NCBI RefSeq assembly: GCF_001458695.1
Contig: NZ_LN885086.1
Span: 2,580,001-2,612,000, forward strand
Reading direction: 5' to 3'
From: Candidatus Nitrospira inopinata
GTDB taxonomy: Bacteria; Nitrospirota; Nitrospiria; Nitrospirales; Nitrospiraceae
DNA: 32,000 nucleotides
Below are positions 24,394-32,000 of this stretch, piece by piece. The notes under the pieces were generated by a model. The model saw only the letters and a program-made list of their open reading frames with translations. It did no database searches and was not told the origin of the DNA. Each line of letters starts with the position of its first letter. The first letter of the stretch is position 1. A program made the translations under genes and the position numbers.

Positions 24394-24414
24394 TTGCCAC
24401 ATTAGTCGTGGCAA
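24394..24414. promoter_or_regulatory. inverted repeat between the dnaJ-like stop and the Spy-like gene
   Basis: TTGCCAC (24394-24400), 7 nt spacer, GTGGCAA (24408-24414). No T-tract on either side, so it could be an operator or a weak hairpin. Confidence 0.3.
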
Positions 24415-24442
24415 CGCAAGCAAGCCTTGGGTCGGGGCGTCT

Positions 24443-25477
24443 CTAATCGTGTTGTGATTTGGCGATGATCTCAGATCGAGGGTCGGGGTGACTCTGTCGG
24501 GCGAGTTGCTGGTAGAGCGTTCGCGCCTCTTCCGATATGACAGGCGGCATGATGATCTGCAGAGTCAAAAGCAAATCGCCCTGACCGCCGGACGCCGTCG
24601 GCAGTCCTTTCCCTTTGAGTCGCAATTTGCTTTCCGCGGCGCTGCCGGCCGGGATTTTCACGCGCACGGGCTGCGTGAGGGTCGGGACCGTGACCTCGGC
24701 TCCCAAGGCGGCTTCCCAGGGCCAAACGGGGAGCATGGCGTGGAGGTCGTTGCCCTCTCGATGGAAAACTTTCCCCGGTTTGATTTTGACGTGAAGATAG
24801 AGATCCCCGCGTTTTCCGCCGTCTCCTCCGGGCCGGCCTTTTCCGGCGACGCGCATCTTCGTGCCGTCTTGGATACCGGCCGGAATTTTGACCTCGATCA
24901 CTCTCGACTCCGCGCGGGCACCGGTTCCAAAGCAGGAGTGGCAGATTCGCCCACGCAACGAACCACTTCCGCCGCACGTGGCGCAAGAAACCGGTTCCAG
25001 CAGCGAGACTCGTTTCGTGACGCCCCAATAGACGTCCCTGAGCGATACCTCGACGGTGGTTTCAACGTCTTCTCCTTGCTCGTTGAACCCTGGGGAAGAA
25101 GGGGATTCTCGTTGCTCGCCGAATAAGTTTTCAAAGAAATCTGCAAAACCACCGCCGCCGAACCCGGTCTGGGTTTGACGGCTCGTAAAGCCGAAATCGT
25201 CGGACTTTGCCCTACTTTTCGTGTGCGTCTCCGACCGACTCCATGCGGTTGACGAGCTGCGTTGATCATACTGTTTTCGTTTTTCGGGGTCGGATAACAC
25301 TTCGTAGGCTTCGTTCAGCTCCTTAAACTTTTTTTCCATTTCAGATTTTGCGGCGCCGGCATGAAGGTCGGGATGATACTGTCTGGCCAAACGGCGAAAG
25401 GCCTTCTTAATGTCGTCAGGGGAGGCGGTTCGCGAAAGCCCCAAAATCCGGTAATAATCGCGCGTCGTAGAGCCCAT
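24443..25477 (-). CDS. DnaJ-family co-chaperone with a single zinc centre
   Basis: 344 aa. J domain (DYYRILGL...YHPDLH), a G/F-rich stretch ([16 protein letters not shown]), only two CxxCxGxG repeats ([16 protein letters not shown]), and DnaJ C-terminal domains ([18 protein letters not shown]). Confidence 0.85.
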   Translation of the reverse strand: MGSTTRDYYRILGLSRTASPDDIKKAFRRLARQYHPDLHAGAAKSEMEKKFKELNEAYEVLSDPEKRKQYDQRSSSTAWSRSETHTKSRAKSDDFGFTSRQTQTGFGGGGFADFFENLFGEQRESPSSPGFNEQGEDVETTVEVSLRDVYWGVTKRVSLLEPVSCATCGGSGSLRGRICHSCFGTGARAESRVIEVKIPAGIQDGTKMRVAGKGRPGGDGGKRGDLYLHVKIKPGKVFHREGNDLHAMLPVWPWEAALGAEVTVPTLTQPVRVKIPAGSAAESKLRLKGKGLPTASGGQGDLLLTLQIIMPPVISEEARTLYQQLARQSHPDPRSEIIAKSQHD

Positions 25478-25496
25478 CCGATACCCGTCTGGATTG

Positions 25497-26435
25497 TCAG
25501 TGCGACGTCGCCTGTTTGGCCTTTGCCATCAACTTGCAATAGGCGCAGAGCGCGGCCGTCGTCGGTTGACCGCACGCCGAGCAGGGATGAAGAAGAGCCC
25601 GGTCATTTTCCGTCATGGTTTGCCTGCCGGGGGTGTTCCGGCGCTGCTGCTCCAGAAACCCCCAATAGAACGATTGCTTGGTGCCCGGCGACTCGGTCTC
25701 CAACCGATTCAACATGTCCTTATACAGAAGCGTTCTGGCTCCTTGCGCCATGGGGCACTCATCGACAATGTACTCGATCTTGTTGAGGATGCAATAGGCG
25801 GCCAATTCGCGCTCGGTCAATCGATACAGGGGCTTCACTTTTTTGGCGAATCCTTCCATGGAGGCGGGAAGGACCGGTCCTTGTTTGTCCAGATAGTCGG
25901 TTTGCCAATGCAGGACGTTGCCCAGCAGGCGCGCGGCTTCGTCGTCGAGGTTGTGCCCGGTCGCCATGACGTCGTATCCATGCTCGAGCGCCAGACGATT
26001 GAATTGATAGCGCTTCAGCGTTCCACAGGTCGAACAGGGCGGACGATGAACCAACTCGGCCAATTCCCGAATCCCGGCGCCTTCTTCTTTTTCAACCTTG
26101 TGAATGTGCAGCGTTGCTCCCCGTGGACGGGCGACAATGTCCGCGAAACGTTGCACTTTCTCCTGTGAACGGTCGGAATAGCCCGAAATGCCAAGATGAA
26201 CGTATAAGGCGTCCGCGTGATATCCGATCGTGAGCAGGATATGCCAAAGGGCCAGGCTGTCTTTGCCGCCTGAGACGGCGACAAGAATACGGTCGCTTTT
26301 GGCAAACATCGCCTGCGACTTGATCGCGCGATTGACCTGATCGTGCGTGAAGCCGATGAAACACAACCCGCAGAATGCGGCATGATGTCGGGGTATTTTA
26401 ATGACGGCGGTGCTTCGGCATTTCACGCAATTCAT
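25497..26435 (-). CDS. PP-loop ATPase of the TtuA/Ncs6 tRNA 2-thiolation family
   Basis: 312 aa. N-terminal zinc finger CVKC...CGLC, PP-loop SGGKDS, central Cys cluster (CSTCG, DECP), and C-terminal zinc finger CSACG...CAYC. Confidence 0.75.
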   Translation of the reverse strand: MNCVKCRSTAVIKIPRHHAAFCGLCFIGFTHDQVNRAIKSQAMFAKSDRILVAVSGGKDSLALWHILLTIGYHADALYVHLGISGYSDRSQEKVQRFADIVARPRGATLHIHKVEKEEGAGIRELAELVHRPPCSTCGTLKRYQFNRLALEHGYDVMATGHNLDDEAARLLGNVLHWQTDYLDKQGPVLPASMEGFAKKVKPLYRLTERELAAYCILNKIEYIVDECPMAQGARTLLYKDMLNRLETESPGTKQSFYWGFLEQQRRNTPGRQTMTENDRALLHPCSACGQPTTAALCAYCKLMAKAKQATSH

Positions 26436-26498
26436 GGCACAGTGATCTTACGGATTGCTTAATAAAGAAGCAAATCGTTTGCGCGTTTATCAGCCCGG

Positions 26499-26526
26499 CA
26501 TGGCTCTTCTTTCATGGCTCTTCTTT
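26499..26526. repeat. perfect 14-bp tandem duplication in a divergent intergenic region
   Basis: CATGGCTCTTCTTT occurs twice (26499-26512 and 26513-26526). Confidence 0.9.
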
Positions 26527-26650
26527 GAGGGAAGATTTTCCGACCGCTGAAGATTTGTTATGCTGCGACTGTGTTATGGTGGAGAGAGAAGTATGCGAGG
26601 GGCATTTGGCGAAACAGATCTAGAAGTTTACATAATCAATCTTATCAGAC

Positions 26651-27268
26651 ATGACTTTTGAGATCATTGATCGTATTCGTAAAGAACTCTTCATCACCGG
26701 CAGCGCGCTGTATGAAATCGTCCTTGCCGTTTCGGAGCGTGTCAATCGCAAGATTCAGATTATTCGCCTTCATTGGCAGGCCTCGACTTTTCTTGAGCGA
26801 ATCGATGGGATCGCCATGGAAACGGGTCGGCAGTTGGCTGATCATCTGACTCGTTCTCGCTTCACAAATGGAGAACACTCCGTTCTTGCAGCCATGGACG
26901 CCATACTGACCCGTTCAATGACCCAGGTTCATGGTCTTAAGCAAGCCTTGCTGCAGATCGATACCCGAATCCGCGACTTGAAACTTGAAGCTGTTCATGA
27001 AGATTTGCTCAAAATACAACAGGATCTAAGCATTCGCTCGGCAAGAATCGAACGACTGACTATCGCCCGTCGTGCTGTGGCGGTCGGCCGATCCGCTCGT
27101 GAATTGCCTCGTTCATCGTCTGTCCATCTCGTCGTGGTGATGCGCGGGGCATTTCTTTTGGCGCCGTCGGATGATGTGGTGTTTCAACCCGATGATATCG
27201 TGGTGTTGATCGGTCCGGAGTCCGAACTGTCTTCGTGTGCGACATGGTTCACCAGTCAGCGGTCGTAA
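26651..27268 (+). CDS. hypothetical protein: helical or coiled-coil N-domain plus TrkA-C (RCK_C) ligand-binding domain
   Basis: 205 aa. The C-terminus RLTIARRAVAVGRSARELPRSSSVHLVVVMRGAFLLAPSDDVVFQPDDIVVLIGPESEL fits the TrkA-C pattern. The 5' end is markedly GC-poor (23 of 60 at 26641-26700). Confidence 0.55.
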   Translation: MTFEIIDRIRKELFITGSALYEIVLAVSERVNRKIQIIRLHWQASTFLERIDGIAMETGRQLADHLTRSRFTNGEHSVLAAMDAILTRSMTQVHGLKQALLQIDTRIRDLKLEAVHEDLLKIQQDLSIRSARIERLTIARRAVAVGRSARELPRSSSVHLVVVMRGAFLLAPSDDVVFQPDDIVVLIGPESELSSCATWFTSQRS

Positions 27269-27351
27269 ACACTTTGCTCGCCCAAGCGACTCAAGTCCTG
27301 TTCCCACAGGCCGCCTTAATTTTCTTCAGGAAATGTGCGAGGATGAAATAA

Positions 27352-28752
27352 ATGGAGACACAAGTCATGGTTAGACTTTTAGCGATCGCCTTCCTCACGG
27401 CTGTGATGGGGCTGTCTTCTGTCACATACGCCCCTGCGGAACAAACAGCCGCCGGCACGTTACGAACCGAACTGCCCGGTATTCGCTTGCTGGAAGAAAT
27501 CCAAACCGTCATTACCAATCTGGCGGAAGAAGTGAAACCTTCGGTCGTGAATCTTTTCCCGGTCCCCTCCGGGGGGCGCCCGCGCGATGGAGTCAAGACG
27601 CCGGCTCCGAATGGGCCTGGGTCGGGGTCCGGCTTTATTGTCGATAGTGACGGATACATCATTACGAATCACCATGTGATCGGCGATGCCGTTGAAGTCG
27701 AGGTTCGGTTTGCGGACAAAAGCAAACTGGTCGCTCAAGTGATCGGCAGAGATCCGGACACGGATTTAGCCCTTCTCAAGGTCGCGGCGGACCGGCCGCT
27801 GCCCAGCGCTCGGTTCGGCGATTCTTCTTCCGTTAAAGTCGGACAATGGGTCCTTGCCGTAGGCAATCCTTTCGGTCTTGACCGTACGGTCACATTGGGG
27901 GTCGTGAGCGGCATAGGGCGGGAAAACATCAATTTGTCTCGATACGAAAACTTCATTCAAACCGATGCGTCGATCAATCCCGGCAATTCCGGTGGGCCCC
28001 TTTTCAATCTTCATGGTGAAGTCATCGGCATCAACACGGCGATCATTAACTTCGCTCAAGGCATCGGTTTTGCCATTCCGTCGAACATGGCGAAGCAGGT
28101 CATTGAGCAGCTTCAGGCCAAGGGGAAAGTCGAGCGTGGGTGGCTTGGAATCGGCATTCAGCCGCTGACGCCGGAGTTGGCGAAGCAATTCGGCGTATCC
28201 GAACACGAAGGCGTGCTGGTCAACGAAGTGTTCGACGGCGATCCCGCCTCCGTCGCGGGCATGAAACCGGGAGACATCATCATCAGTCTCAATGGAATTC
28301 TGGTGGATTCGCCCAATCGCCTCTCACGGTTGATCGGCACGCTCTCTCCGGGCAGCACCGCAAAAATCGAGGTGGTCCGAGACCGTGCGCGCATCGTTCT
28401 GAACGTTCCCTTGACCGCGAAGCGCGACGGCCCCGTGGCCGCCGCGCTGCCTCAAGCCAAGGGAGAGGGCAGACTCGGGCTGGGTGTCCAAGACTTGACC
28501 CCGGCATTGGCGGAGAAGTTCAACCTGAAGGAGACCCAGGGCGTCCTTATCGCCCAGGTGGAAAGCGGCGGCCTTGCTCACGCCGAGGGCTTACGCGAAG
28601 GCGATTTGATCAAGGAGATAAATCGCCTTGCGGTGTTGACCGCGCAAGACTTTAACGAAGCGCTCGGTCGGATTCGTCGCGGCGATTCGGTTCTCCTCCG
28701 AGTTTTGCGCGAGGGACAAGCGTTCTACGTCGTGCTCAAAGTGACCGAGTAA
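27352..28752 (+). CDS. htrA: periplasmic serine endoprotease HtrA/DegP/DegQ family with two PDZ domains
   Basis: 466 aa. Signal peptide, catalytic triad contexts ITNHHV, DTDLALLKV and GNSGGPLFN, and two PDZ-like segments (GWLGIGIQPL..., RLGLGVQDL...). Confidence 0.92.
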   Translation: METQVMVRLLAIAFLTAVMGLSSVTYAPAEQTAAGTLRTELPGIRLLEEIQTVITNLAEEVKPSVVNLFPVPSGGRPRDGVKTPAPNGPGSGSGFIVDSDGYIITNHHVIGDAVEVEVRFADKSKLVAQVIGRDPDTDLALLKVAADRPLPSARFGDSSSVKVGQWVLAVGNPFGLDRTVTLGVVSGIGRENINLSRYENFIQTDASINPGNSGGPLFNLHGEVIGINTAIINFAQGIGFAIPSNMAKQVIEQLQAKGKVERGWLGIGIQPLTPELAKQFGVSEHEGVLVNEVFDGDPASVAGMKPGDIIISLNGILVDSPNRLSRLIGTLSPGSTAKIEVVRDRARIVLNVPLTAKRDGPVAAALPQAKGEGRLGLGVQDLTPALAEKFNLKETQGVLIAQVESGGLAHAEGLREGDLIKEINRLAVLTAQDFNEALGRIRRGDSVLLRVLREGQAFYVVLKVTE

Positions 28753-28806
28753 AGACGGCCCTGCAAACCGGAAAGAGCCTTGAGCTCAACCTCCTCTTCG
28801 GCTCGC

Positions 28807-30909
28807 TCACGGAGAGGCTGTAGCGTGCCGCTCCGCTTTGTGCTGCTCGACGATTCTGGCGGCTGATTCATTGGGAACTTCCTCGTATCCTGAAAATTCC
28901 ATCAGGTAGGTTCCGCGCCCGCCGGTCAGGCTGTTGAGCGTTGTCGCGTAGGCGAGCAACTCGGCGAGCGGGACGAGCGCGTGAATGCGTTCGACCTGAG
29001 CGTCCGCATTGACGGACTGAATGCGGCCCCGCCGCCCGCTTAAGTCCCCCATCACCGCTCCAACGGCGTCCGCCGGGGTTTCGATCTCGACGGCCATGAT
29101 CGGCTCGAGCAACACCGGGCGGGCGGTTTCCATGGCTTTTTTAAAGGCCATGGCGCCTGCGATCTTGAACGACAGTTCGGAAGAATCCACGACGTGATAG
29201 GACCCGTCATAGACGGCCACGTGAACGTCGACGACGGGAAATCCTCCCAAGACGCCTTCGTGCATCGCCTCGACCACCCCCTTTTCAATTGCGGGGATGA
29301 AGTTTCGGGGAATGACCCCGCCGACGATTCGATTCTCGAACGTAAATCCCTTGCCGCGCGGCAAGGGAGCCACCTCGAGCCAACAGTCTCCGTATTGCCC
29401 GTGGCCTCCGGTTTGTTTTTTATATTTGCCCTGCGCCTGAGACACCGTGCGGACGGTCTCGCGGTACGGAATTTTCGGCGCGTGCAGCGAAACGTCGGCG
29501 CCGAATTTTCTGCGAAGTTTCTCCAGCGTCAAGTCGATATGGAGCTGACCCAGCCCGCTCAGCACCATCTCTTTGGTTTCCGTGTTGCGCGTAAATTCCA
29601 ACGTGGGGTCTTCTTCGATGAGCTTATGAAGACCAAGGCTCACTTTTTCGATTTCCACCTTTGACTTGGCTTCGATGGCATACGAGAGGACCGGCCTCGG
29701 TAATCCGAGGTCGGGATACCGCACGGAATCCTTTTCGTGACAGAGGGTATCGCCCGTATGCGTATCGTGCAACTTTCCGACGGCGATGATTTCTCCCGCC
29801 TTAGCCGATCCGACCATCGTGTGCCGTTTCCCCATAAGGGTATAGAAATGCCCCAATTTCTCGCGCGATTGTCTCGAGGCATTCCACACCGTCGAGTCGG
29901 CCTGCACGGATCCTGAAAAGACACGGCAATAGGACAGCCTCCCCACGAAGGGGTCGATCAGGGTTTTAAATACCAAAGCTGAAAACGGCTCCCGCTCGTC
30001 TCCCTTCCACGTGCAAGGTTGGCCCGTGTCGGGATGTGTGCCGGGTAATGGGTGAGCCGTCCCTCGGTCGGCGGGTGACGGCAATAATGTCACGATTGCA
30101 TTCAGCAGGGGCCAGATGCCCACTGTCTGTAACGCCGAGCCGGCGTAGAGGGGAACCAGACGCCGGGTCAGGACATCGGAACGCAGCCCCGAGAGAAGGG
30201 TGTCTTGAGGCAGATCTTCTTGGGCGAGATACGTTTCAAGAAGGGTTTCGTCGCTCTCCGCGACCGTTTCGACGAGTTGCTTACGTTTTTCTTTGAGGAT
30301 TGGTTCAAACGCGGGCGGGATTGGCAGGAGTTGAGGCTTTGCGGTATGAGGAGCCGAGCAAACCAAGAATCCGCTGAGAAGGTCGATGACTCCTTCGAGT
30401 TGAGGACCAAGCCCGACCGGCACGACCATGGGAATCGGCTGACAATGCAGTTGCGTACGGCAGGCTTCCAAGGCCGGATCAATCGATGCTCCTTCACGAT
30501 CTAATCCATTCACAAACAACAGACAGGGAAGGGCAAGTTCTTCGATTCGTTTCCAGAGACGCGCCAATTCCGTCCGAACGGCGCCTTGGCTGTCGAGGAT
30601 AACGATCACCGCATCAACGGCCTGCAACGCTGCGAGAGGCTCGCCGATCAAACCAAGGGCCCCGGGAGTATCCAGAAGTGTGAGGTGGGTGTGATTCCAG
30701 GAGAAGCGGAGCACGCTGGTGCTGATGGAGCAGCGATGGCGGAGTTCTTCCGGCTCGAAGTCGGAAACAGTCGTTCCCTCTGCGACCGATCCGAGGGTGG
30801 GAATGGCGCCTCCGACAAACAGGAGCGCCTCACTGAGGGACGTCTTACCCGCGCCGGCATTGGACACAATGGCGACATTTCTGATGGGCACTGCACGGAT
30901 ATCTTCCAT
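28807..30909 (-). CDS. elongation factor G paralog with degenerate GTPase motifs
   Basis: 700 aa with five-domain EF-G colinearity, including the domain IV tip GSYHVVDSSELSFKIAG. G1 is SNAGAGKT, G3 is DTPGA (Ala replaces the catalytic His) and G4 is NGLD (instead of NKxD). Confidence 0.85.
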   Translation of the reverse strand: MEDIRAVPIRNVAIVSNAGAGKTSLSEALLFVGGAIPTLGSVAEGTTVSDFEPEELRHRCSISTSVLRFSWNHTHLTLLDTPGALGLIGEPLAALQAVDAVIVILDSQGAVRTELARLWKRIEELALPCLLFVNGLDREGASIDPALEACRTQLHCQPIPMVVPVGLGPQLEGVIDLLSGFLVCSAPHTAKPQLLPIPPAFEPILKEKRKQLVETVAESDETLLETYLAQEDLPQDTLLSGLRSDVLTRRLVPLYAGSALQTVGIWPLLNAIVTLLPSPADRGTAHPLPGTHPDTGQPCTWKGDEREPFSALVFKTLIDPFVGRLSYCRVFSGSVQADSTVWNASRQSREKLGHFYTLMGKRHTMVGSAKAGEIIAVGKLHDTHTGDTLCHEKDSVRYPDLGLPRPVLSYAIEAKSKVEIEKVSLGLHKLIEEDPTLEFTRNTETKEMVLSGLGQLHIDLTLEKLRRKFGADVSLHAPKIPYRETVRTVSQAQGKYKKQTGGHGQYGDCWLEVAPLPRGKGFTFENRIVGGVIPRNFIPAIEKGVVEAMHEGVLGGFPVVDVHVAVYDGSYHVVDSSELSFKIAGAMAFKKAMETARPVLLEPIMAVEIETPADAVGAVMGDLSGRRGRIQSVNADAQVERIHALVPLAELLAYATTLNSLTGGRGTYLMEFSGYEEVPNESAARIVEQHKAERHATASP

Positions 30910-30978
30910 AGCCTGCCCTCCTCTACGAATAAGAAATGGAAAGATGGTGCTGGCTGGTGCGATCCTCCTTGTTTTGTC

Positions 30979-31683
30979 TTATTCCCAGGCGGCCGTCTTC
31001 GCGAGCCACCCTTCGTCCGCAAAGCTTACGTAGCGTCCGTCTCCAATGATCACGTGATCGAGTACGGAGATCCCAAGCAATCTGCCGGCGGCCACCAAAC
31101 GATCCGTCAGCCGGCGATCTTCCTGGCTCGGAGTCGGGTCGCCGCTGGGGTGATTATGCAAAAAAATGACACCGGCGGCCGATTCGCGTATGGCCGATGC
31201 AAACACTTCCCGAGGATGAACGATGCTGAGTGTCAGGCTCCCTTCCGAGATCGTGGTTTCTTTGATGACCGCGTTCTTGGCATCGAGCAGTACAACTTTG
31301 AACAGTTCCTGTTTTCGATCGCGAAGAACGGGATAAAAGTGACGAAAAAGATCGGCGCTTGACGAGACGCGCATGCCCGTTGAGAGAGGCGTCGCCAGAG
31401 ACCTTCGACCCAATTCCAACGCCGCTTTGAGCTGCGCCGCCTTGGCCGGGCCCACCCCTTCGACCGAGCAAAGTTCCTCGACACCGGATTTGACCAAGCC
31501 GCCAAGGCCCCCGACGTGACGTAAAAGTTCCATCGCCACCTGCACGGCTGATGAGTCGCGTCTCCCCGTTCTCAACAAAATAGCCAGCAACTGAGCGTCG
31601 GAAAGGGCATCAGGTCCTTTGCTCAGAAGCCGCTCACGAGGTCGCTCACTTTCAGGCCAATAGGGAATTCCCTTGGCCGCCAT
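30979..31683 (-). CDS. radC: RadC-family (UPF0758) JAMM/MPN domain protein
   Basis: 234 aa. N-terminal PRERLL..G...LSDAQLLAILLRTG, a helix-hairpin-helix-like segment, and JAMM motif HNHPSGDPTPSQED. Confidence 0.9.
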   Translation of the reverse strand: MAAKGIPYWPESERPRERLLSKGPDALSDAQLLAILLRTGRRDSSAVQVAMELLRHVGGLGGLVKSGVEELCSVEGVGPAKAAQLKAALELGRRSLATPLSTGMRVSSSADLFRHFYPVLRDRKQELFKVVLLDAKNAVIKETTISEGSLTLSIVHPREVFASAIRESAAGVIFLHNHPSGDPTPSQEDRRLTDRLVAAGRLLGISVLDHVIIGDGRYVSFADEGWLAKTAAWE

Positions 31684-31878
31684 TTTCCACCCCTATAACC
31701 TTCAAAAGGACAAAAAAATGACACCACGGACGTTTTTGTTCTAGGGAAAGAGGTCGCATTTAACCGGCTCCTGAGGCTGAAAACTCATAACCAATTGAAA
31801 TGTCAATGCTCTTAAAATTGGTTCGTCTTTTGCTACTTAGGGTGACAGAAGTGAACATATTCACCTGAGGAGGGAGTG

Positions 31879-32000
31879 ATGGAATGTCCAAAGTGCAAAG
31901 GGCTTATGATGTTGGAACGGTTCTCCGATTTTTTCCTCATTTTCTACGCATGGAAATGTATTAACTGCGGCGCGATTATTGACCGGACGATCTCCAATAA
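31879..32000 (+). CDS. small zinc-ribbon protein, partial (runs off the window)
   Basis: GAGGAGGGA Shine-Dalgarno followed by ATG at 31879. The translation is MECPKCKGLMMLERFSDFFLIFYAWKCINCGAIIDRTISN with two CxxC pairs. No stop codon occurs before the window end. Confidence 0.5.
   Translation, partial: MECPKCKGLMMLERFSDFFLIFYAWKCINCGAIIDRTISN

Noticed and set aside
1-32000. A window-wide scan for CRISPR arrays, IS or transposase ends, integrase genes, toxin-antitoxin pairs and known defence-system signatures.
   Set aside because: I saw no spaced direct repeats, no DDE or tyrosine-recombinase-like ORFs, and no nuclease, helicase or methylase clusters. Apart from the pilus-associated block, the window is ordinary chromosome.

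Overview
This is a GC-rich chromosomal window, about 60% GC by hand counts of coding lines, from a diderm bacterium. The lineage cannot be fixed without a database search. The pilin and pil gene order are Myxococcus-like, and the rest would also fit Nitrospirota or related phyla. I call 26 protein-coding genes (one partial at the right edge). I found no rRNA, tRNA, CRISPR array, transposase or integrase. Most genes are housekeeping: a c-type cytochrome, bioF, a TPR membrane protein, an MltD-like lytic transglycosylase, a class-V aminotransferase with serA, hisZ, dnaB, ilvD, a Spy/ZraP-like periplasmic chaperone, a DnaJ-like protein, a TtuA-type PP-loop tRNA thiolase, an HtrA protease, a divergent EF-G paralog and radC. 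The accessory content is type IV pilus (T4P) related. pilT-pilU lie at 843-3106 on the minus strand. About 11 kb away there is a large TPR (lipo)protein, then a 640-nt GC-poor spacer, then a sigma54-type promoter, a Myxococcus-type pilA (14758-15381) and a strong terminator. A tightly packed co-directional five-gene block follows (15473-21837). It encodes a membrane-anchored helical-repeat protein with a GspG-like C-terminal module, an ABC ATPase, an ABC-2 permease, a secreted protein whose C-terminal half looks like a TIM-barrel glycosidase, and a membrane-anchored CE4-type polysaccharide deacetylase. The first three genes mirror M. xanthus pilG-pilH-pilI, an ABC transporter needed for T4P whose substrate is unknown. 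The last two resemble a split PelA/PgaB-type exopolysaccharide tailoring pair. I consider this block the best candidate for an undescribed pilus-linked glycan export and tailoring system. That is inference from motifs and synteny only. Secondary points are an EF-G paralog lacking the catalytic His (DTPGA) and the NKxD lysine (NGLD), a perfect 20-bp palindrome in the bioF/TPR divergent promoter region, and a low-GC orphan TrkA-C gene. All calls rest on motif reading of the supplied ORF translations, and no homology search or structure prediction was possible.
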